A stretch of DNA of 64,000 nt from positions 5,518,001 through 5,582,000 of the forward strand of contig NW_026262626.1 of assembly GCF_021869535.1 (NCBI RefSeq). The letters are read 5' to 3'. The translations under genes were made by a program, and so were the position numbers. The stretch is from Mytilus californianus (lineage: Eukaryota). The notes under the pieces were generated by a model. It saw only the letters and a program-made list of their open reading frames with translations, was not told the origin of the DNA and searched no databases. This document shows, one piece after another, positions 51,630 to 62,664 of this stretch. Within the stretch, counting starts at the first letter, position 1; each line of letters opens with the position of its first letter.

Positions 51630-54239
51630 ATGAATTGCAACTGTCAACTTTTATGTATTGTCATTTTAGGCGCCTGTATATCAATAGTTAATGGAGCTAC
51701 AGTATCAACAGGTAAGCAGGTATCAAGTGGATTCAAGAGCGCAATTATTTGTAATGCATTGTTACATAGGGTACCACTGGTGTTCCATATTTTATTTCTT
51801 GAAGAATAAACAAACTAGAAAAAATGGGTTGCAGTTCATGTTACTAGAAATGTCAGTGTTGAATATCAGTCAAAATAAAAGTATATAGTGATGTTGTAAA
51901 AGTTGACCTTAAATGCAGTGGAAAAAACGTCTATTTTTTTCAGTTAATGAGGAAGGCAAATCTTTAATGGCTCATACGTAAAAAACGTTGAATATATTTT
52001 CTACACATTTTATAATACATGTGTATGAATTTAATTTTCTGTTGTTTTTTTTTAACCCATAATTCCAAACCTGTATCATCCAGTATCACCAAGAGTCGCA
52101 CAAGGTTTTATTCTGAGTACCATCTGATAATCGCAAGAATCGAACCTCTGTAATTTAAAATTTCGAAGTATTCTGCTTCAACTTGAACAGCGTTCAATTT
52201 GTTGAACCTTCAAAATAAAAATAAGTAGATGTGGTATGATTGCCAAATGAAATAACTATCCCCCCACAGTCCATATCCATATGAAGTGTTTGTAAGCAAC
52301 TACAGATCACCGTAGGCGTACGGCCTTTAACACTCGGAGCAAAACCCATACCATATAGTCCGCTTTTTAAATGTTATGTCGGGGCCTCTCAAATATTTAT
52401 ATGTTCAAAGAATTAAGCCAATACAAACAGATTCAAATATATGATAGGAGCATCTCTATACCGTGTTCTCGAAAACTCATGGTCCAGTCAATCCTGACCA
52501 CCAAAATACAGGTAACCAATTCCAAGTGCAGTGGTGGTCCTGATGTCCGACTAAAAGTTTGTGATGGTTTTATTCTTTTTTAAGCTTGCTGGTACATAGT
52601 ATAGCTTCTTAGTACGATGTATATCAATACTTGATATGGAACCATATAATTATTATTCAAATTGGCCTTATTTAATTTAAACCTGTGGAATTAATTGATA
52701 GAAAATTGTTACTGCAAATACTGAACTACAAAATTTTCACTGGAACCATTAGATTTGTAGTCTTTATGACCACCGGGCTAAAAAAGATTTCGAGAACACT
52801 GTTTTAATTGGTATCTTATTATACTCCCTTTTAGTAGAAGGGCTATTGAAGTAATCTCGGCGTCGACATCTCAATAATTTAGTAACAAACACTATAATGC
52901 TACATGATTGAGAAGCTGTTTTTATGAGAATGTTAAATTATTGAAGAAACTGTTAAACACTCCCTTACCGATTTTTCTGGTCAATTTATTCAAAAAAATA
53001 TAGGCCGGAAAAATCAGATTTTAATAAAATTGAGATTGGAAATGGGGAATGTGTCAAAGAGACAACAACCCGACCATAGATCAGACAACAGCCGAAAGCC
53101 ACCAATGGGTCTTCAATGCAGCGAGAAACTCCCGCACCCGGAGGCGTCCTTCAGCTGGCCCCTTAACAAATATGTATACTAGTTCAGTGATAATGGACAC
53201 CATACTAAACTCCAAATTATACACAAGAAACTAAAATTAAAAATGATACAAGACTAACAAAAGCCAGAGGCTCCTGACTTGGGACAGGCGCAAAAATGCG
53301 GCGGGGTTAAACATGTTTTTTGAGATCTCAACCCTCCCCCTATACCTCTAGCCAATGTAGAAAAAACAAACGTACAACAGTACGCACAGTAAAACTCAGT
53401 TCAAGAGAAGTCCGAGTCCGATGTCAGAATAGGAAACAAAAGAAAATAAACAAAATGACAATAATACATAAATAACAACAGACTACTAGCAGTTACTGAC
53501 ATGCCAGCTCCAGACCTCAATTAAACTGATTGAAAGATTATGTCTTCATCATATGAATATCAGGCACAATCCCTCCTGTTAGGGGTTTAGTATTATACCG
53601 TCATATAATATATGAGAAAAACATAACCCGTGTCATGCCAACAACTGGTTTTAGAATAAATATGTTTAATTCCGATGCAAAGACCCTATAAGTGAATCAA
53701 TATTAAAGCCAAAATATGCAATCTTTAATGACCTGACAACAGTATCGTAACTATATCCCTTCTTAGTAAGTCTGTTTAAAGGTTTTGTTAGCTTTTGAGG
53801 TGAATACTGACATTTTTGTCCTTTGTAAATGTATCAATCATACCTTATTTTTAGATTTACCTTGATTTTTTCAGCTGCTGTCTCTGTTACTAGTGGCAAT
53901 GATACATCTATCGTACCAATAGAAACGACATCAAACCCTGTTACCATGACAACAGGAGCAGGGACAACATTAAATGCTCAGACAACACAACCACCAAAAA
54001 CCGGGGATACTACACAGCCATCAAAGCCCACGGAAACTACACAACCTTCCACAAAACCCGCTGCCTCTACAGGAACAACACCAAAGAAACCAACCACAAC
54101 CATAAAACCAGGACGGAAATTTGACGGTCCATCTTTTGGTGGCGGTTTTGGTTTAGCTGCTGGCTTAGTAATAATATTTGGAATTGGATACTGCTGTTAT
54201 ACAAGACGAAAAACAAGTGGTGGATATAGCCAGTATTAA
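51630..54239 (+). CDS. Mucin-like type I membrane glycoprotein D (CD164/porimin-like); 2 exons, 148 aa
   Basis: Exon 1 51630-51711 (MNCNCQLLCIVILGACISIVNGATVST, donor G|GTAAGC); exon 2 53875-54239 (acceptor TTTTTTCAG|); phase 1, 447 nt. Thr/Pro stalk, KFDGPSFGGGFGLAAGLVIIFGIG TM segment, tail CCYTRRKTSGGYSQY*. Confidence 0.87.
53030..53790. repeat. Interspersed repeat in the intron of mucin D
   Basis: Contains CCTGACTTGGGACAGGC..GGCGGGGTTAAACATG, found in reverse complement at ~46820-46865 and partly at ~59465-59490; boundaries approximate. Confidence 0.55.
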
Positions 54240-56499
54240 TAATTTAGTGAATGCAATAAGAATGCAATGTTTATTCAACCATATTTTCTGGTTAATATGT
54301 GAACATTTAATGTTTTGGAGTTTTGCCATCCAAATTGAGCATCTATAGAACACGGCAGTTAAAAAAGGATCTCATTTCGTCCATTGTTATTCTTGTTTTG
54401 CCATATATACTTGGCACCATGAATTCGGTATCAATGGTGCATTTTTATTAATTAAATGTTTTACGTTATTGATTTATGTACAATTACATTTAGTGCATCA
54501 GCGAAGCCAAAAAGGGGATTGAAAAGTTTCAGTGCAATAGTGTTATAAAATGTGAAAACTTCCTGACAAATACGCTACAAAACTTACCAAAATAAGTCAC
54601 CAAGCATGTTTTACGCCCAACCATCCACATCTTTGAAAAATATGCTGTTTTCACTTTGTATGATTTTAAAAGTGTTTTTTTTAGAATTTTGAACGGAGAT
54701 GACTATCTTATTCGTTTGTTTCTTATGGGGTGATGTCTTTCTTTTTTCTCCGTTTTTTAGAGAGAAAAAAAGCAGTATGTATGCCTTTTGATTACTTTTG
54801 TGGATTGGTTGCTATTCAGTTGAGGTTCCTGTGCACATCCCTTTTTATTCATACAATTTTTCGATATGTTGCTTAAATTTCAAATTGTTTGCTGCTCTTA
54901 ATTTAGTTCCCTCTTCATGCAAAGCGCAATTCAGATATATGACATATATACATGTACATGTAGGGCATATCTCATTTTTCAATCTCCAGTTGCTTCACTG
55001 TTCCACTGTAATTTAGTCTCAATTTGCAGGTAAAGGGATATGGTCGCTTTCCCCTGTATTTGTTTGAAATTGAAATAGTCTAAATAATCTACCTTAAATA
55101 TAATTTAACAGTTGAAACATTATTTCGTTTTTCGCAAATCACAAAAAGGAATTTCCAACACACATAATATATATATATATGTATGATCAAGGATTTGTAC
55201 AGTGAAATATCCGGAAGTCACGGACAAAATAGTATTAGAAATAACTTAAATTATGAGTCTGGTGAAGAGGAACCCTAGGGATCCGGTACTGGAAATCAAC
55301 TCTAAGTAACTCTAAATATACAAATCCTTGATATGATCAATTAGAAGAGTAAAACTGCTAATTCTTCCGTTGCACCTACTGTCTATCTTTTCGACTATTT
55401 CTTTTGGTCTATTTCCTTCATTTGATGAATGACTTTTTGTGTAAAAAATTATTAAATTTGAATGCAAGAAACTGTATTTCTGGGCATGTCCTTAGTTAGA
55501 AACCTGGATCGTCAGTCGTTAATTTTCCCATGTTATATCTTAATAATTTTCGTTATTTTCATTTCTGTTGAGTGTTTCTGTTTCATTTATTCACAACTTT
55601 ATAGTCTCGGGATGATTTATAACTTGACATATAATGTAGACACCTGTCTATTGTTGGAGAATATTTTCTATCCTCAAGATGCGTTTTGGTTATTTTTGTC
55701 TTTGGGCGGTTTCTGTCTCATTTACATGACCCCCGGGCCTTACATGTACGTATACCCCATACCTCTTTTTACTGATTCTCTTTGGGAATTCCGTACTTTA
55801 CCGTGATGGTTTACACTTGTCCGGAAATCGTGATTTAATGATTATCTATTTCTTTAGATCCGGGAAAGAATGTTTTATTTTTTTGGGGAATTTAGGATTC
55901 AACGTTTGTTATCCAGGAATTCGGGATGAGATGCCGGATGACCCCCACCCCCCTTGTTTACCGATTTTTTTATAATTTATCATTGACCTATACCTAGATA
56001 AGATATAAGCTACTTCTACTGTAATATCGCATTGCATGGATAAAAGCAAGAAAACATAAAAATGATATTTACAGACATTTAAACTAAAAAAATAGAAAAA
56101 AATAAACAGTAGAGGAAGTTCCATCACTTAGTTCCATGAGTCTTCAATTCTTCAGTCCATGATGCCCAAAGCCCCGGTGCTAATTAAGATATAAACTAAA
56201 TGGATATTTACAGAATCAAAAACACTGTATCTCATTCTACCTAAAATGGTCTCAAATGGTCGGTCTATCGATGATAAAAATTCGACAACGAAAGTAATAG
56301 AAAATCGCTCTTAGATTTCCCGCGCAAAAACTAATGTTATTGAACATAATCTGGTACCTCGTCTTATCTCGTGAAGAGATTAAACCAGGCTAGACCAAAA
56401 CATCCGAGATCTTCCGAACAAAAATTTACGTCAGCGGAAACTAAATCGAAAGTTGAAAAGTCGCACTACAATCGCAGAAGTTCCTGTCGTCAGAAGTTT

Positions 56500-56593
56500 A
56501 TGACAAGTGTAAAGATGTCGATCCCTAATTTTGTCAGTGTTATATTGATATTCTGTTTCACACTGTCGACCTTTCCTACCATTAATGGAGAAC
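56500..56593 (+). CDS. Candidate signal-peptide first exon of a fifth secreted/membrane protein gene (downstream exon not found in window)
   Basis: MTSVKMSIPNFVSVILIFCFTLSTFPTINGE followed by a phase-1 donor C|GTAAGT, the same layout as exon 1 of mucins A-D. Confidence 0.55.
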
Positions 56594-57022
56594 GTAAGTG
56601 ACCTACAAAACTCAATTAAAAACAAGTGACACATGTGTGCTGGTGTGTGACAATAAAATTTGTTGTCACCTGATGATGCATGGTCATCAGAAATTATTTA
56701 TGTATTACAACCTTGAACCACACTTCTTTTCAAGCTATGAGTAATTCTGCAAATGATCAGTACAGACAAGTTCCATATTAAATTGGCTAGAGAACATAAC
56801 AGACATAACTCTTTCACTAGTTTCAGGCCTTGTGGATATTTTTTGATATAATTCACAAATTAAAAATTAGCACTAAACGATGTGAAGTTTTTTTTATTAA
56901 CTAATATCCAGTATATATATCTTGATTTTATCCAAGCAACACACAATGACATGGGAAACCCATAGTCCATCTCCATTTGTGTATCATGAATTTTGCTTTA
57001 TATATATATATATATTTATATA

Positions 57023-57748
57023 CAAGTCTAAATTGAAAACAACGTTCAAACCTATGATTGCGTTGGATAAAAACCGCAATTTTTATAAATGTGCATTCAA
57101 AACAAATTTCTATTTAGAGGGGTCTAATTACAGCACAAACAACATTTTCCAAAAGACCAAAAAAGTGAAAAAGTTATTTATTAACAAAACGTATTTGACT
57201 AGCAGGTCAAACAAAGGATGTTCTTAAACCCTGCTGACTGCCATTGGCGATTGCCAAATGAACGGATCACCAGATGTAACAAAATGAATCTTAACTATTA
57301 ATTTAACACCAAACAGAAAACAATAAACTTGCGGAAAAGATGGTATACCGCAACCAAAGGTGCAAAAATTAGTACACCATATCCGGATTTCGACAATTAA
57401 TGTCTCTTCAGTGATGTTAGGAATCGAAACGGTATTTGGAAGGCCATTTAATTAACCTGAATTTAGGATAGACTCTTGAATTTTGAAGAGTCGAAATAGG
57501 ATGAACGGATCATATAAACCCAAAGGCAAATATAATACAAGCCCAAACGAAAAAATATAAACAAGTCTAAATTGAAAACAACGTTCAAACCTATGATTGT
57601 GTTGGATAAAAACCGCAATTTTTATACGTGTGCATTCAAAACAAATTTCTTGGTAGAGGGGTCTAAATACAGCACAAACATTTTCCAAAAGACCAAAAAA
57701 GTGAAAAAGTATATTTTAACAAAACACATTTGACTTAAGCAGGTCGAA
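57023..57748 (-). mobile_element. Terminally redundant 539-bp non-coding element carrying a hammerhead ribozyme (retrozyme-like)
   Basis: CAAGTCTAAATTGAAAACAACG at 57023 and 57562; ~185-bp direct repeat; (TA)n tracts at both flanks; hammerhead in the unique part. Confidence 0.7.
57374..57417 (-). ncRNA. Minimal type I hammerhead ribozyme with intact core
   Basis: Minus strand ACAUCA-CUGAAGA-GAC-AUUAAUU-GUC-GAAA-UCCGGA-U-A-UGGUGU: stem I 6 bp (one G-U), stem II 3 bp, palindromic stem III AUCCGGAU, AUA cleavage triplet. Confidence 0.8.
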
Positions 57749-58125
57749 CAACGTATTTATATATATATATATTTCAACATGTCAGGGAAGATAGAACTGA
57801 TTTAATTTTATGCAATGCAGAGCTACAACATGTACAACGAGGAGTAAATGTATAAACCTTAGTACACAATCATGTAAAACATTATACTCATGGATTCAAT
57901 TTTTATTTGAAATTTAAACAAAGTAACGGGCCAAATAAATACAGAAGTTGAGGAAAGTTGGACAATTCCATTTACACATGTACCAAAAGCAAAATAGTCC
58001 AATGTACTGAAAGCTGAAACCACACTTAAAACAATGTTTCCCTACTTTTCGAATGGAGGGCAAGTACATTTTAGGTAAAAATCATTTTTTGTCAACAAAT
58101 TATTACAATCACAAAGGACTAACTG

Positions 58126-59364
58126 ATTTTTATACGACTGCAAAAAAATTTTGCGTTTGTTTATTGGTATCACGTTGTCGTCGACGTCCGAAGACAGTTT
58201 CCAGACAATAACTTTAGTTTAAATGAATGGATCTCTATGAAATTTAAACACAAGGTTTGAAACCACAAAAGGAAGATTGGGATTGATTTTGGGGGTTATG
58301 GTCCCAACAGTTTAGGAACAAGGGGCCCAAAAGGGGTCAAAATAAGTATTTTTCTAGTTTCCAGACAATAACTTGTGTGTTAGTGTATGGATCTTTCTGA
58401 AATTGTACCACAAGGTTCCATACCAAAAAAGGAAGGTTTGGATAAATTTTGGGGGTTATGGCCCAAACTGTTTAGGAATTAGGGGCCAAAAAGGGGCCAA
58501 AAACAATACTTTTCTAATACTTTGTATAAATTGCTTATTTCTTGACCAATTTCAATGGGGTTTTATTCTTGAATTCTTGGGGTTCTTTAATTTGCTGAAT
58601 GCAACCGTGTATTAGGTTTTTGGAATTTGGGCCCAGTTTTTGAATTGGTCCACATGAGGTCCAAAGGGTCCAAAATTAAACTGTGTTTCATTTCATCATA
58701 AATTGAATTATTGAGGTTCTTTGATATCGGAATCTAACCGTGTATTTAGATTTTTAATTTTGGGTCCTGTTTTCAAATTGGTCTACCTTAAGGTCAAAAG
58801 GGTCCAAAATTAAACTTAGTTTGATTTTAACAAAAATTGAATTCTTGGGGTTCATTGATATGATAATGCTGAATCTAAACATGTATTTAGATTTTTGATT
58901 ATCGGCCCAGTTTTCAAGTTGGTCCAAATTGGGGTCCAAAAATTAAACTTTGTTTGATTTCAACAAAAATTGAATATATGGGGTTCTTTGTTATGCCAAA
59001 TCTAACCATGTATTTAGATTTTTGATTTTTGGGCCCCGTTATCAAATTGGTCCACATTGAGGTCAAAAGGGTCCAAAATTAAACTTTGTTTGATTTCATC
59101 GAAAATTGAATTCTTGGGATTCATTGATATGCTGAATCAATCCATGTATTTAGATTTTGGATATTGGACCATAATAGGTAAATTTAATTTTTTTTACTTC
59201 ATTAGACCACATTCATTCTGTGTCAGAAACCTATGCTGTGTCAAATATTTAATCACCATCCAAATTCAGAGCTGTTTCAAGCTTGAATGTTGTGTCCATA
59301 CTGGCCCCAACTGTTCAGAGTTCGACCTCTGCAGTCGTATCAAGCTGCGCCCTGCGGAGCATTT
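58126..59364. mobile_element. HINE/Helentron-like element with internal tandem repeats
   Basis: Subterminal inverted repeats ATACGACTGC (58132) and GCAGTCGTAT (59331); 3' stem-loop GCTGCGCCCTGCGGAGC before a T-run; repeated TTCCAGACAATAACT and GGGTCCAAAATTAAAC cores. A short relative lies at ~13190-13280. Confidence 0.7.
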
Positions 59365-60654
59365 TATTGTAGTTTGTTCTTATGTTGTACTGTTACACCA
59401 CTGTCCCAGGTTAGGGGTAGGGTATGGTGCCAGCAAACATATTTAATCACACAACATTTTTTATGTGCCTGTCCCAAGTCAGGAGCCTGTAGTTCAGTGG
59501 TTGTTGTTGGTTCATGTCTGTTATATTTGTTTTTTGTAAATTGATATGTTATAAATTAGGCCATAAGTTTTCTCAATTTTAACTGCTTCATATTTATATG
59601 TCGGGGCCTTTTATAGCCGACTATATGGTATGGGTTTTCTCATTGTTGAAGGCCTGTTATTGGTTACATGAACTTATTGCCCCTGAAAAAACAAGTGTTG
59701 ATTTTTACCGTTTTTAAAGGCAAAGGTGTGATTCCTGTGATATGTATATTTGTTGAAGCTTTTTAGACTGGGGGATATTGAGAAGTACAACATTTTTTTG
59801 TTTAATTTTTGTCTGGTTTATTCAACTGTTCCGCCAGTTTTGTATTTTCTGTCAATTTATATAAACTGGTGTTACTAGTGGGGCAGTAACTGATTACTTT
59901 TCTAGAGCACATAAGATCAGCCCTGGTTTTTGTTGGGGTTATTAAAACAATCGGTTGACATGCTTGTGTTCATTTTATTTTTCCAAGTATGGTAAATAGT
60001 TTTGAACTAGATGTTGTCATGATTTATGAGAGTGAAGTGTGAGTCAGACTCTGCTTCATTATCATCACATTCAATATCAGAATCAACTTTGGCAATGTGT
60101 AAATTTTAATTGATGATATCTGAGACTACTATACACATGTGTTATAGCAGTCTTAGATGATATCCATATGTTCAGCGCTCTCATTTTGTCTTTTCACTGC
60201 TGACAGCTGAATAATTGGTCCCTTCTTGGTCCCAAACACGTTGTAATTTTGTTGTCTCAGCGACTTGCGGTAGACTTACATTCAGAGCAAATATATATAT
60301 TTGACCCCTGTTTAATCAATTTTATTTAACCATGGGTTCTTTCCTTTCCAGGCAAAGAATGTCTTATCTGACACTGTGCGTCTTTGCTTAAATTTAGTAA
60401 TATTTTCATCGAAGGAAAAAAGGACACCGTCGATGCATGATTTCGTCTAAAATGTCACATATATTTTGAGTTGTCGCCTTCCCCATAAAGGAATTGATCA
60501 TGTGACTTGTGTACTTTTGTGCTTCCACACTGCAGTCTGTTGTCAAATAGTTCAACAGAATATACGACTTTGTTACTAGCGGTGCATTTTTCAGGAAACG
60601 ATTTTGGTGCTGACTGATTTTCTGCTCAGAAATCACCTATTTTACATGTAGTAT

Positions 60655-61232
60655 TATTTTTTGAGGGGCATTAAGTTTTACCCTTGTCCGTCCGTAGGTC
60701 TTTACGTCCCAAAGTTGGTTTCCGTTCTCAAACTTTAGTTTGGCTCAACCAAATGTTATAAAACTTATACACAATGCTTATTACCACAAAATACAGATCA
60801 AGTTTGTATTTTGGTGGTGTCACTTTAACTGTTCTAGAGTTATGCCCCTTTACAAATGGAAAAATTGCTGAATTTTTCGTTTCCGTTCTCTAACTTTAGT
60901 TTGCCTCAACCAAATGTTATGAAACTTATACACAATGCTTATTACCACAAAATACAGATCAAGTTTGAATTTTGGTGGTGTCACTTTAACTGTTCTAGAG
61001 TTATGCCCTTTACAAATGGAAAAATTGCTGAATTTTTTCGTTTCCGTTCTCTAACTTAGGTTTGCCTCAACCAAATGTTATGAAACGTATACACAATACT
61101 TATTACCACAAAAATCAGATCAAGTACAAATTTGGGTAGTGTCACTTTTACTGTTCTTTAGTTATGTCCCATTATAACTTATATGTTATGCAAGCGGGGG
61201 CATCATCTGTGTCCCATGGACACATTCCCCAT
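60655..61232. mobile_element. HINE-like element with ~161-bp tandem cores (x3)
   Basis: GTCCGTCCGT tract near the 5' end; TTCCGTTCTC at ~60720, ~60881 and ~61042; ends GCGGGGGCATCATCTGTGTCCCATGGACACATTCCCC. Confidence 0.65.
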
Positions 61233-62358
61233 TTATTTCAACTGACCTGACACTTTCACCACCCGAGAACACTAAACTTTTTAATGCGAACGTTACTTTT
61301 TTGTTGCATAATCTCAAAGCTGAAATATTTAAGATTCATGAAAAAACACTGGTCCTGTTAGGAAAAATTTGTGTACTTAGGTAAAGCATTTAAAAAATAC
61401 TTGAAATTTATTCCAGAAATTGTATAACAAGCAAAAAAGCTGAAAAAGAAGTACAACAAATGAACAGTGGGTGTTTTATTTAAATAAACCCACAGCTGAT
61501 TAAGGATTTTCAACAATATTTTTTGGGTAACTTTTTTTATGATTGCAAATTTATGTCACATTTCTGAGAAATAAGAAATGCTTCTTATACAAGTGATGAA
61601 AAAATCAGTAATTCCCCTGACTGTTGATGTAATTAACCCGCATCTTTTATAGTTTTATTCATGTGTTCATATTTAAATAATGATTAATTAGAATATGATC
61701 ATTTTGTTTCAACTGAAGTGGAAACTTCACTATCTTTTTATATAGAAATCTGAGATTCCTCCCAATTTTTACGTATTCCCCTTTTCATTTTTCAGATCTA
61801 TGTCCATGCAACAAATCATTGCTTTCTCTTTAAGTTATGTAAGTTGTGTGTGTAGGCATGCATTAAATTTTGTTAATACATTTAATATACAGATATAATG
61901 GCTTTAAGCTAAAGATTTCCAATAATCATTTGTAAATAAGAGCTAAATGGTATTAAACCAATTTTATAAATTGAGAAAAAGAAATAAAAGAATTAAGGTT
62001 GTCATGGTTATTGGAATAAACTTTTGTTTCTGGACCAATTCAAATAAATCCATTTACCCTGGTAAACTTAATTGTTGAAATGTCTCATGAAATTTTTGTT
62101 TTGTAATAATGATATTGAATATTTATTGTGTTACCATAGATGTATGTTAATGTCAGATAATTGGAAAACTATAAATTCTTCCTTGTAAAGAGAATACATG
62201 ATGTAAAGTTAAATGTGTTGATCAATATTTTTTGATACACAATGTAAATATGGACTGTATTTATTTATTATCATCATTGTCATCATCCTGGAGGATGCTG
62301 TATGAAACAGGAAACTTAGTGATTGAAATTTAAATCTTTTGGTTATATTTTATTTATT

Positions 62359-62664
62359 TAAGGAATGACTGTAATATTTTTTCTGTCTATGAAGAAATAA
62401 CATCAAAAATGTGGTGCACACTAAATAACGCGCGTAGCGGGTTATTTTTAAGTGTGCACCACATTTTTTATGTTATTTCGAATAGACAGAAAAAAAATAT
62501 TACAGTCATTCCTTATAATTTAATTATAAATTCCATTTTAAACCGGAGTAAATCATGAAAAAACGTTGACGACGTCACGGTCACATGACTAAATTATGTC
62601 TATGAGCTGATAAATAAAACACCGTCAGCCAATCAGAAGACGTGTTACATCCAAAATTAAATTA
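62359..62664. mobile_element. Unclassified foldback element, same architecture as 32505-33144
   Basis: ~157-bp hairpin at 62359-62515, then TAATTTAATT at 62516 and AATTAAATTA ending 62664, with CCAATCA near the distal end. Confidence 0.55.

Noticed and set aside
51525-56470. IRF-like AANNGAAA motifs upstream of mucin D and the orphan exon
   Set aside because: Expected frequently by chance in AT-rich DNA; no complete tandem ISRE consensus.
56670-56700. CTGATGA...GAAA as a third hammerhead
   Set aside because: CTGATGA pairs with its own inverse TCATCAG; no stem II/III geometry.
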